A DNA stretch of 64,000 nucleotides from Lama guanicoe. Taxonomy: Eukaryota. This document shows positions 36,593 through 49,400 of the stretch, one piece after another. The notes below the pieces were generated by a model that saw nothing but the letters and a program-made list of their open reading frames with translations, ran no database searches and was not told the origin of the DNA. The DNA lies in contig MU053934.1 of the NCBI GenBank assembly GCA_013239625.1, positions 7,957,352-8,021,351 on the forward strand. Reading direction: 5' to 3'. Positions within the stretch are counted from its first letter, which is position 1, and each line of letters begins with the position of its first letter. A program made the translations under genes and the position numbers.

Positions 36593-38538
36593 GACCCGGA
36601 CGCCCGCCCTGTGGACTGTCCAGCAGAGGCCAAAGTTGACCTCTGTGATATATAGAAAATGGCCTCTGTGATGAATTTATTGAAACCAAAAGCAATATAT
36701 TTGTTTCACAAATAGGTGGGATGCCACTTTGGGTGTAGGGTGTAGGAGGTGGTCCAGGGCTTCCTTAAGCCCAATGTGTATGCATCGGAGGTGGGCTCCA
36801 ACGGTTGGGAAACTGCATGAGGAAGACCAGCATGGAGGGTCCACCACCAACTTGCCTTTCAGCCCGCTCAGCTGTCCAGGTGAAGGTTCCTAAATGGCCA
36901 GAGTTTGGGCTGGGGGGACCTTGTGGCTGGGGGCTGGGCTGTCCTTTGTGCATCTTGGGGGTTGGAAGGAAGAGAAAAGTGTGATCCCATCTCTCTGTAT
37001 AGGAAGCAGTCAGTGCAGGGCAAGGGGGGTGCCATCCTCCCAAGGACACCCCTGGCCAGGGGGCATTGAAAGACAGGAACTTATTTATATTCTAGGACAC
37101 CTTTTACACCTAAATATGTGATAAAGAGTTTTACATAAAATAGAAGGAAATCTTCTTATCTGTTGAATTATGTATTATGGGAATCAGTGAGATGTGAATG
37201 GAATAAGCCTTTAAAAAAACCCAGCACAGAAGATGGTACCCCCGGGTCCTCAACTGGCCTTCTCCCTGTTGTCTGTGCCCCCACAGCTTGAATGGAGTCG
37301 AGCAGGAGGCGGGACCCACCTCCTCTCCGGTGCGGCACTCTGTGGGCAAGCACAGCACAGAGTGACCGCAGGTGAGCTGTGTGTGTCTGTTTTTCTCATT
37401 TATGCATTCGAGAATAACCGAAAGCAAATAAGCAGTGATAAGCTCAAAATCCCAAATGTTGGCCCAGAAGGCTGCGACTCTCGCCCACGCCGTGGAGGTG
37501 TCCCGGAGCCGAAGAACAGGCGGGTTCAGGCAAAGCGCCCCACTGCGAGGGCGTCCCCTTTAGAGGGGAAGGTGGTTCTGGGTCTAGACTCTACGTGAAC
37601 ACCTAGAAGGCAGGGAGTGCTTGTGAAAATACAGGGCCATCACACAGTGCAGAGAAGCCCCGCTCGGGGGCTCCTGGCCGGCTCCTTGCGTTTCCGGGGG
37701 CCTCCTGTTGTGGTAGTGCTTGCTCCCCAAGTGAGGCGAGGGTGGTGAGCGGGGGGCTCGCCCAGCCACTTGGCCACAAAACAAAGAGCTGGCCTGAGTG
37801 GGGGAGGCCACACGTGCCTGACACCCACCTGGACTCCCAGTGACACACCCTCATGCCTGCCCTGGCGCCAGACTCTCAGGTTTCCCAACTGCCTTTGTTG
37901 TCAGAACCACAGCATAGGCCTAAACACACACAACGCACTTCAGCAGTATTTCGCAATAGCCCGTGTATTTCCCTTTAGACAGACCCTGTACCCTGGTTCT
38001 GTGATCGTTACAAGGAAAGAAGTATGTTTAACGGCTGATAGGCTTTCACAGGACTTATTTTCTTACTACTTTTTGCAATTATTCAACCTTATAATGAGCA
38101 TATGTTTTACGATTTTTAAAAAATGTGCATGAAGACAAGGAAGTCTGGTACTTTCTAAAGAAATGGCCAAGGCTCTCCTCCCACCTGTGCCTTAAATGCT
38201 ACCCCATCTCCTCCTCTTTGGCTGGGCCCATAAGTCCTCCCCCCATCCCCACCCCCCGACCAAGGCCTGATCTTTGGAATACTCCGCTATCAGCAATGCT
38301 CAGCGTGCAGTCTACTGAATGCCAGGGAGCAGCAGTCTATTTGGTACACAGACAGCAAAACTTGATGCAAAGCATGAGCCCAGTCTTGTTAAGCGAATAA
38401 AATGTGTAAGCGTGCACACCTATAGAACAGAGACGGAAAGAATCTGTGCCAAAACACAGCGCTTCCCATCATGCCATTATTCATGATTATATTTTCTGTT
38501 AAATTTCTATGTATTACTTTCGTCAGAAAATAATTCAT

Positions 38539-38544
38539 AATAAA
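38539..38544 (+). terminator. Candidate PNPLA3 polyadenylation signal AATAAA (another at 38396-38401)
   Basis: Canonical hexamer ~1.9 kb after the stop, followed by T-rich sequence; use is not demonstrated. Confidence 0.35.
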
Positions 38545-41500
38545 TGTGATTTTTAAAGCACTTTCCCTTGTCTCTGCATCCTTTGCAAGGAGCCACAGTT
38601 TTGCTTTCCTTCCCTCACAGCCAAGCTCCTTTAAACTCTCCTGCCAGCCCCCACCACCAAGGTTTATAGTCCCACTGCCCTAGTTGGCCCTGCCAGGCCA
38701 GGTGGCCTCCACATGCTCTGTCCTGGACACTGAGGGCCAGACCGCCCCCCTTCCCAGGTCCCTCTTCCTCTAGGACCCTGGACTCTGCGACTCCAGCCAG
38801 GCTCTTCCCCAAGGATCGGATGTGCCTGCTCTGCCAAGTGCGCACAGCCACTCGTGGGGGCCTGGCACACACAGTTGGAGGACTCTGGGTCTGGCTTGGG
38901 TGAGGGCCCACTCACCCCTCTACCTACCCCCGGCTGGCTGTCCAACAAAATCCGAGGAACCAAGATGCACCCTCTCCTCCAGCTGGTCCCAATCCCGCTG
39001 TCTCCACCTCCACTTACGATCTCTGGAGACTGGCCCCTGGTCAGCACCCCACACTGCCATGGGCCACAGCAACAACTTCCTGGCAGGGTCTGGCAGCCTG
39101 CACCTGCCTCAGGCCCAGACCTGGTCATTCCCTCCCACACCGCCAGCACAGAGAAGCTGCCGTCCTCCTGCCTCCCCAGGCCACACCCTCCCGCACATTT
39201 CTCCCACAGTACCACCAGCGGCTCGGACCTGGTCCTTGTCACCCTGCCGCACACCCTGGGCCTCTGTCTCATGGAGGCGCCCGGTGCTCTGTCCTCTCAC
39301 TGGCCCACCTTTGCTCCTCAGATGTCAGGGGCTGGGGAGACGGGTGATGGAGGCGAGCCCCACACCTCAGGGAGAGGAATAAAGAGACAGGCTACAGCCC
39401 TGGGGAGGCCACACCATGGGGTGCCTCAAACTAAGAGTCAGGGTGACCTGAGTGGGGATCCATGAAGACCCAGCACCCCTTCCTTGTGGCCTCTGAGACT
39501 TGGGCTTTCATGTTACGAAGGGAACCGGTGTAGTCACTAAACTGCATTTCTCCATCTGGGGGGCCAGATCAGCACTTCATAAACCACGTGTTCTGGAACA
39601 CTGGTGTCCCCACAGATGTCACCAGGTGACTCCATCAGTTAGCACAGGCCAGCTTATGCTGTGCTTGCCAAAGACTCCCCGACCCCCACAAGGTTTACTT
39701 CTCACTCATACGACGTGTCCGGCAGACCTGTCCCAGCCTCTGGAGGGTTGGGGTCAGGGTGGGGAAGAATATGGTGCTCAAAGGTTTCCATCCAGAAGTG
39801 CCACCTCTCCCTTCAGCCCCTAATTGTTGACCAAAGCGAGTCACACGGCTGGGGGCGTGGGAATGCAATTCTACCCTTTGCCCAAAAGAGGAACACCAGA
39901 AATTCTGGTGAACAGCACCACTGAGAGCCACAGAAAACTTAAAAAACCAAGACCAAAAAGTCTTTACAACAGAAGAAATTCAGGAAATACTGGATTAAAG
40001 AAAGAGAAACAGGCATACATACTGTAGGATTTCTCAGAGCCTTTAATGCTCACGTACACAGCGACTGCCAGGGATGGTGTGTTCGAGGGTAAACCTGTGC
40101 TCCTGAGGTGTCCTCTGTCACCCTGTACACAACAGGCTCTCAAATACTTGTGTCAGGGCTCTCCTTGCATCCTGCAGGTCAACCTCATGACTTATCTTTT
40201 AGAGGAAGCTTACTCAAGAGAACAAGGAGGAAATGCTAGGTTACTCAGTTTACGGTGTGCCAGGCCCATGAAGTCCATACCATTTTGCCTTAAGAACTGC
40301 TATCCTCATTTTACAGATGAGAAAAATGAGGTTCATGGAACCAGCAGAATGAATTGTGACTGTGTCTCAGTTGTGTGATTTGTGCTTAAAATTTGCTCAG
40401 TCTCTTTGGAAATCTCTGTCCAAGTTTTCACACCCAAATCAGCCTTTGAGTCTGAGCTGGGGATCAGCGAGACCCACAAAGGGTCTCATTTTAGCCAGAC
40501 GCAGGTTTCCCGGGCCCCAAGAGCTGGGCGTGAGGGCACTGAGCCCAGGGCACGCGGTGTCTTGCTTAGTAACAGCTGGGCACTGTTTTGAATTTCTCTC
40601 ACTCAGATACCTGGTGGTTGCAGCCTGTTATGTACACCCCACCCACTTCTAAAACTGCCCAAAGAGGGGAATCCAGGCTCAGAAGGCTTCTGAGCCATCA
40701 TCCACTTCGCCTCCTCTCCCCAGTCCCTGGAATATGTGGGCATTACTCAGAGGTGGCCAAGAGCCAGATGGTGGGAGGGAGGGAGCCATGTCACCCTCTC
40801 CCGTGTTTGGTTCCCACCTGGATATAGGGTAAGTCACTCACTCTCTCTAGGCCTCAGTTTCATCCTCTAAAAAAGCCCACCTTCCTGCGATGGTTAAATA
40901 AGACCATTTATGGAAAGCGCATGGCACGTGGGTATAGAGACAGCTAATCCTTGCAGGGGGTGCTCCCTCTGGGCAAGGCACAGCTTTACATCTATTAACT
41001 CACTGACCCCTCAGAACAATCCTATAAGGCAGGTACCAGTACTACCCACACTTTACAAGAGGAAACTGACTCAGAGAGGTACGTGCCTTGCTAAAGGCCA
41101 CACAGCTTAGCAGTGGCAGAAAAATGGCTGAACCCAGCCAGCAGGTCTATCAAGCCAGCTCTCACAAACACTAAGTAGGAGCTAACTTGATTGCGATCCC
41201 CTGGCAGGTGGAGCTCCAAAATGCGCTCAAAAGCTTGCAACACCCAGGACCCTATTACTTCCTAGTGTGAAATATAAACCAATTTAAAAAAATCTTTTGT
41301 AGAACTGGCAGAATCCTTAGCAATCTCATCCCATTATTTTACAGTGGAGAAAAGTGACAAGAGGATGTGACCTGCCTGGGTCGACAGCTAATGTATAGCC
41401 CCATTCTTCCTCAGCTCGCAGCCCATGCTTTCCTTCTGCCTCTTGAATCCATGCCCAGTCCCAGAAGTCTCTCCCCCGGAGGCCTGGCCCTGCACACCTT

Positions 41501-42639
41501 TCCCCTTTCCTGGAGGCTGTCGTGCCTGTCTTGTATCACTGCTCTGTATCCTCATCCTGCACTGCTTCCCGATGCCCTGCCTCTGCCTCTTCCCCACTTC
41601 CCCACTGCTGTGCACTCCTTCCGCCCGTTTCTGGCCAAGTTTCTTATAAGCAGGTTAGCAGACCTCTGTCTTCAAAGACTTTAGAAACTAGTGATGAAGT
41701 AAGACATGGATACAAAGTCTTTTTTTAAATGAGGGGTTCTTAAATCTAGTGGGCAAGAAACAGCACCCCCACCCCCCGCCCTGACAACAACAGAGTCAAT
41801 CTAGCAGGCAGAAGAATTCCCTGGTACACTTTTCAGAAATTCAGATCTCCAGATTCTACTTTCCAGAGGTTGACCCAGTAGGTCAGGGCTGAGACCCAGG
41901 GATGTGCATTTTTAATAAGCAGTGTCTGTCTAACCTAGCCTACAGTAGGGGAGCAGTAATTCAGCAAATATTCACCGAGATCCTGCATCATGCCAGGCAC
42001 TGTGCTAGCCTCTGGGCTCATGGAGTGAACCAGACGGACTGGACTCCACCTCCTGGGAGCGACAGTCCAACTGGGAAGACCGACAAGGGGTGCAGTGAAG
42101 GAAACAGAGAGGTCTGGAAGGAACTAACTTCTTTCCAGGCAAGAAGGGGAATGTGGTCTCAATATTTACCCCAGAGATGCTGGAGGATTAGGGTGCTGCT
42201 ACTTAAATGGAATAGGGTGTCAGTGTCTCTAGGAAGGGGTGAAAACCTGAGTCCACGTGATACTGAAAATCCTTCTTCTCTCATTGTCTCTGATTTGTTT
42301 CTCTCAATGCACTTACCACAACGTGACACTTACTTATCATATATTGTCTTTTAAGGGGGTAAAGCTGTTTCCACCACGGAAACGAAGCCCCGGGGCTCTC
42401 GCTCTCAGATGTGAATGGCCCCCCTGCGAAGCCCTGGGTGACACTCACTGACATTTATTGGTTGCGGCTGTAAGAATAATGTCATTTACTCACTGCTCAC
42501 TAAGTGCCCTGCCCTGTGCTAGGCATTCTGTGTCTCACGCGTGAGACTTTTAATCCATCCCTGCGAAATACACAAGACTGTCACCTTTATTCTGGCAACG
42601 AGGAGCCTGAGCCCCAGAGGTTTCAGTGACTTGAAGGGC

Positions 42640-43480
42640 CCGTGCGGCTAGCAGGAGAGGAGCAGGGCGCCAATCCGGATTTGGGCAGCTCCAGACGCTG
42701 AGTGAGGCTACGGCCGCGGCCGGGCGTGGGAGGTCCGCGCGTCGCGGGGGCGTGGGGATACGCACCGCACTCACCCGGACGAGGTGCCGGGAGGGTTAAG
42801 GGAGAGACGTGGGTGAAGCCCCGGCGCACCCACCACCTGGTCCGGTCTCTCCCAGGGGCAACGCCGGGGCCAGCTTCCAGCGGACTCTCACGCAGGCCAG
42901 CCCACCACGAGACAGGAGCTTCGCGGGCACCATTGAACGCTCGGCGCTTGCGACATCTTTGGGTCACAGGCCTTCCCGGCGTCCGCATGAACATCCGGGT
43001 CACGGACTCTTAGGGGCCAATGAGCGGAGGCATCGCGAGCCAGGGGGCGGGGAGAAGGCGGGGCATCATGGCCGCCCCCAGTCCTCCGCGTCCGGGGGCT
43101 TGTGGGTGTTGCACCGACGTGTAGTTCCGCCACCGAGCACCCGCCCTCTGCCCTCATCAGCCGAACCTTGGTGGGGCTCAGCCAGCTCTGGGAGGCGGCG
43201 GCCAGAGAGGGAGCCATGGGGACGGTGCATGCCCGGGTAAGAGGCCCAGCGACCCGCGAGCTGCGTGACCTCTGGGCGGGCGCCGCGGGGAGACGCTCTC
43301 GCGGCTGCGCCCACGGTGCCCTGGGGAGGGTGCGGCGGGGTCCGGAGGCGGGAGCCGAACCCGGCCGGGCCCCTAGCCTGCGGCGCGCCAGCGCGGTGCC
43401 GCCGCGGGCCGCGTGGAGAAGGCCGCAAAGATGCTGCCAGCGGGTACTGCAGACTTCCTAGTGGTAGACCGATACTCGGA
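42640..43480 (+). promoter_or_regulatory. SAMM50 CpG island and promoter (CCAAT at 43017-43021, GC box at 43043-43052, YY1-like ATGGCCGCC at 43068-43076)
   Basis: CpG-dense stretch spanning exon 1; motifs visible; boundaries approximate. Confidence 0.8.
43216..43236 (+). CDS. SAMM50: SAMM50 coding exon 1
   Basis: gagccATGG Kozak context; MGTVHAR; donor gtaaga. Confidence 0.93.
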
Positions 43481-46400
43481 GGAGGCACCTGATTTGCCCA
43501 AGGTCACTCAGGGAGTGGCCCAGAAAGGACTAGCGGACCTTCCGTGATGTCCTGGAGCAGAGTAATAAGTTCAGTCTTTAGCGGTTTCGAGCGTCTAATC
43601 TCTTTGCTGGTCACCTTTTCCATCCTCTCCCGCCCAGCCGCTGCTGGAGTCTTGCCAGACTCCTTAGAGCACCAAGTGTTTTCTAAAGTCTTCCAACCCA
43701 GGTCATCTAGGAGTCCTCCTTTCTCCTGTTTACCGTGCAAAGACGAACTTCGCTACACTTTAGTTCTTCCTTTTAAAGTGGAGGCAGTAATCGTACGTAC
43801 TCACCGGGCTGTTGGGACGATTAGAAGACACAATGCATATAAAAGCGTTTGCTGGGATGTTTGGCGCCTGCCCAAACGGCCTAACTGCTCTCCTCGGTCG
43901 TAATCTTAACTGAGGCCCAGAGAATGAATATTTGACCGAGGTCACACCGTTGGAACCTCAGAAGGTTCTAAAACTCAGACCTTCTGAGTCCCAGCCCTCA
44001 ACACGAATTCTCTTTTACAGCATGGGTTGTTTCAGTTGCCCTGTTCATAAGTCTTCAGCCGTTCCCCATTAGATTCCAAAAAAATTTAGCACAGACTTGT
44101 CAGCCTGGTGTCCCGAATTGGAGTTAACTTCCTTTTACAGATATTTCCCTCAAATAAAACACTGTTCTTCCAACTCGCTCTTTGGACTGTGCTGTTGCGC
44201 GCAGCCCCCTCTTTTATCACTCACCCCCACACCCATTTTTAGTGTCAAAGTATCCCCATCTTTTAGAACTCAGTTAAAGTCCCTTAATACATGAATCTCC
44301 TTATCTCCCCTCATTTCCTTGTTTTATATGTTACCAGCTTCCTTCACATTTTTACTCTGGTGCCTTGTTTTAGCTCTATTTGCATTTTTGACTTATCCTT
44401 TTAGACTCGCAGTTTCTGGATGTTAAGGCTGCATCTTACTTGTCTAGCATCCCTTGTAGCATCTTGACAAAGTAAACATTCATTCTTTTATTCAACTAAT
44501 ATTTACCAGTGGTCAACTATGTGCCTGGCACAGTTGGTGCTAATTGTACAGGGAAAAAAGTCTCACTTTTATTGAGCTCTTTTGACACTAAATTTGCTGC
44601 TCCTCTGATCAATGTATTGACAGAAAATGATTTCAGTTCTTTAATTTGACCTTTACACTCCACTAGTGAGTGTTATTTGAATTTTAGGATCAGAGCTCAT
44701 AGTAAGAAAACATTTCATATTTGCTGTCTAGTTTATATGTGAAACAAATGTTTCCTAAAATAGTATTTACCAGGAATATGTATTACGTTTTCTTATGTTT
44801 TCAGTTTGAGTCTAGTCTTTATCGCTTTAAAGATGCTGTTCATAACTCATTAGATTTATTTCCTATCCTCTTTCTTCAGTTAGCACTGCCTTGCTCAGTG
44901 CTTGGCGTGTGGTGTTTAATAAAATTTGTTGACTTACTAGTAAACTAATCAGCTTAAAGGTCAGAAGCTAGATCCAAATATTTTTTAAATTCATTTCCCG
45001 AACTACTTATCCAGACACTGGAATGTAAATTCTCTGAGGGTGAGGATCTTGTAAGTGCTTGTCACACAGTGGGTAGATATTGGGTGAATGAATGAATCTC
45101 TGTGCATGAAACAGTTAATTTTAGGACATCAGGCTTTAGTGCAACTGTAAAGACGTCATCTCTTGAACTTAAAGTCTAAATTTCACATTTTAGAATGTAG
45201 AAGGATCTGGCAGATCTTTGATGAAGCATGTTTCATGCTTTGTGATTTTAGGAACCGTAATGAAATTTTTTTTTTAGCATAACAGAATATAAACTTTATG
45301 CCAGATGAAATGTATTTGCCAAGCATTCAGATTAAGAAGAATGACTATGGGCATATATTCTTAACCGTAGTGTATATATTTTGCATACACAATCTGGACA
45401 GCTTTAATATACTTTTTTGCACTATGTGGACTTAAATATTCAGAAAGCGTGTACATGAAATGTTGCAGAAAAAATTTCCTATTTTAATTTGTTTATATTT
45501 TTGAGAAATAGAATAATGATTCCATTTTTTATGTATTATACAACAAAAGTGAAATGATAATTATGTGAAATAAATCCTGTTTCTTTGCCCAGCACTGTCT
45601 TCCCCTTTTTACTGATGTAAACGTCCCACTTCAACCACTGAGGGAAGGGTACTCAGTCTGTCTTGTTCACAGCTGCATTCCCTGCTCTTTTAGCCTGGTG
45701 CTCAGCTTACAGTAGGCACTCAGTAGATATCTAGTAAATGTAAGAACAACAAAAAAATCACTCACTCTTCTATTGCATAAATATTTGAATACTTCTGATG
45801 TGCCCCAGCAGATAAAAATAAGAAAAAGAAAGAGTATGTGCAAAGGTCATAAACTTGTAAGAGGTGTCCCTGTGAGGGAGGGGCTGATGCTGCCTGAAGA
45901 AGTCAGGCGTGGCTCACAGAGGAGATGACATTGAAGATGTTTCTTTAAACTCCTTGCGAGGCTCGTAATCCTGGGCAGAGAGAACAAGGTGTGCACAGAC
46001 ATGAATGCGAGGGTCAGGGGAGTGGTGGGGGTTGAAACTGGGATGGCAGACATGGGCTGTATGGTGGAGTTGCTCGCCTGTCCTGCTGAGGAACCTAGAT
46101 GCATCCTCTCCCCCAGGGCACTTGGAGGACCATCAGAGTCTTTGAGGCAAAGGATGGAAAAGAGGACATGGTACTGTCAGGTCATTGCCTTTCCAGAGAA
46201 CCAACGACATTATGGAGGATGTGCTGACAAGAGGCTGTTGGATAGTCCAGGGAATAGGTGACAGTGGCCCAGAGTCCCTGTCGCTCCACGTGCTGCAGAA
46301 GCCAAACACTCCTGTGTGCTTCAGAGGTGCTTATTTGTAGAGAACTAGTGGAGTGAGGAAGCAGCCTGATAGTAATGACCATAGATTTCCCCACAGTCGC

Positions 46401-49400
46401 CTGTTTGCACCATCACCTGGTGCCACACTGGACCTTCTGAATCCACTTCCAGGAGTGTCTGGGAATTCCTGTGGTTACGCAGTCATGTGTATAATAAATA
46501 TGTAATATCAGACATGTATTATACGTACTATTCTATCATTACGTCTCCATAATTGCTGTCATGGAACCTTTATTCAGAATGCTTTTGAGACAATGTCAGT
46601 TCAGATTGAAGACAGTGACCTCTTCCTGGCCGGCCCACTTTATGAGCATATGCCATTCCCCTTCGTGTGTGAATGAAACCTTCTGAACCTAAACAAATCT
46701 CTCAGGGTCCAGAAAAATATTTTTTAGTAATTTGGTTTGTCAATGTAATTATCCTAGAATGTATCCAATTTTGATTTAAAAGATTAGGGTACTTTCTGTC
46801 ACAGGAAAGGAAATTTTTTTTTGTCTTCAGATGGGGCTCAAGTGTACAGAACTAGATTAGATATAGCCCTCAGTTTATGACACGGTCATCATAGGTTTGT
46901 GCCTGACCCTTTAGTTAATTAATTTTCACCTTTGTTTTCTGTATTAACCACACACTGGGCAGGAGGGGGCTCACTGCCGGCCTGAGGCTTGTACTTCATC
47001 AGGAGCTCACGCTGCCCGTGTGCGCCCTGCTCTGCTCCTGCCGCCAGCGCCAGAGGGAGCCCCGGCACTGAGCTGTCTGGAGCACCATCTGAAGACAAAA
47101 AGGAGAGATTTTGCTTTTTTTTAAATGTAAGCCGATTTATCTGTGGTTCCTTCTTCCCCTTCAGAGTCTAGAGCCTCTCCCAGCCAGTGGACCTGAGTTT
47201 GGAGGATTAGGAGAAGAAGCTGAGTTTGTTGAAGTTGAACCTGAAGCTAAACAGGAAATTCTTGAGAACAAGGATGTGAGTATCCTGCGGAGGCTCCGCT
47301 TTGTTGTGGCTGGAAACACTTGCTCCGCAGGCCGCGGGGAAACGGGAACCTGCGGTGGCGCCTGTATCAAAGACAGGTTTGCAGCCAGCTGCATTTTATA
47401 AAGACTGGTGGCTTAGAAAAATAGTTTCTGATTTTTAGAGAAATAGTTTTTCCTTGGTGATTATTTAAGTGAGAAATTTAAACAAATTTTTGTATGTATG
47501 TTACAAAAAAACACCATTTCAAAGAGATTCAAATTGTGCTTAAGTTTATACTTTGTTCTCTGCTCCCAGACGAAAGACCCTGGGTCTTGAATGAAACTTT
47601 TTAAAAAACTTTGTAGCCTTTGAAATGGAATACAGTGGAGGAAATGTCAGGACATTTTCATTAATTGTTTAATTAAGACCTTCTCGCCTGTGAGTCCTGC
47701 GTTTCCCTGACACCACGATCCCGCCATGATGTCTCTGTGACTCACTGCCATCTGCTGGACGATGCGCTTTGCCTGTTTCTACCTCCTTTAGAATATAAGC
47801 TCCACTGAGACAGGACTGTTCATGTTTTGCTCACTGCTGTGTTCTCAGTGCTTAGAACAGCACTCGGCTCACAGATGATCAGTGCGTTTCTGTTGAGTGA
47901 AGTAGTTAAGCAAACACTTGTAGATGAAGGTGGCGGATGTGGGCTCTTGAGCCAGCATTAACCATGCCAGACGCAAACCCACCCCGGATCTCTGGCCAGA
48001 TACACACGGTGACAGATCATCCAGGGGCCAGGGCTTGGGGAGCCTATGGGAAGGACGTAGAGGGGACCTCTGCACCCTCCGGGGTTTAGGGCTGACCTAC
48101 AGAGACCTTGCAGGCCTCGTTCACAGGAAGTACAGCCCTCACGAAGGGTAAGCTCCTGGGACCAGTTTTTTGAAAAGGTGTGGAATTAAGAAGTATGGAT
48201 TGTTGAACGTGAACACAAATCTCTGAAGTTAATTTTAGACATTTGTCTTTAGCCTCAGTGCCTAATCTCTCCTGCCTTGTACTTAATAATCTGTGTCCCC
48301 TTGTCACATGTAGGTGGTGGTTCAACACATTCATTTTGATGGACTTGGAAGAACTAAAGATGACATCATCATGTGTGAAATCGGAGATGTTTTTAAGGCT
48401 AAAAACCTCATTGAGGCAAGTGTCCTCTCTGCTTGGCCTTCTTTCCTGTTTCCTTCTGAAGATCCTGGGAGTGTCTGTCTGCTCACTGAGTACCCCCCCC
48501 AGCCTCTCTGCTGATGACTTTGCCCCTGCTCCCCTGAAGGGAACTGAACCCCCTCACTTCCCACATGCCTCCCACGAGCTTAGATGTGTTTGCCTTCACC
48601 CTTACCCTGGAGAAGGAGGTGTCCTCTTTTCCAGGCTGGCCCCTCCTTGTGCTTTTCCCAGCCACCCAGCGTCGTCCCGGGCACTGACGGTGTTGAGTGC
48701 TGACTCCTTCCCCGGCACCCTCAGCACTCTGGTGCGCGCCCTTCGGGGCCCTGACTGACCCAGTGGGGCGGGCTCTTGATTGTTACCCTCTCCCGCCATC
48801 TCCTCGGGCCCTTACGCCGCTGTCCACCAGTGTCTTTCCTGGGCTGCACCGTCTTCGTCTCCTCCATGGGTTCCTTCTGCCCTTGGAACCACGTCTGCAT
48901 GCCTGGGCAGCGTCACCAGCAGCTGCCTCGTGCCCAGGTCCAGCTGGCTCCTCTCACTCCCCGATTTACTTGGCCTTTGTGTTTTTTTTTTTGGAAGATT
49001 AAAGTAACCTTTCATTAAGTCATCTTTTGACTAAAGTAACTACTCACGGGTCTGGTCTCAGTGATGCTCTCTTCTCAGTGCTCAGCCACCTGGCACCACG
49101 TGCTAAGCCTCCAGCCGGCCTTACAGCCACCGTTTATGTTTCTGTATCTCAGAGAAATACATCCTCTGTTTTTCTCTCTCTTCCAGGTAATGAGGAAATC
49201 TCACGAAGCCCGTGAAAAACTGCTCCGTCTAGGGATATTCCGACAAGTGGATGTTTTGATTGATACGTGTCAAGGTCCGTATTGTGGTGTAGTTTGTCTT
49301 TGATTTGCCTCTCCCTCCCTCTGTCCTCCAGGGACACAGAAGCTGTTTGTGTGGCCAGGCATAGAAAGCTCCTGTGGCCTCAAGAAAGTAACTGAATTTT

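Noticed and set aside
38664..39465. Overlapping 186-203 aa ORFs between PNPLA3 and SAMM50
   Set aside because: Open in several frames because the DNA is C-rich; no recognisable product or splice structure.
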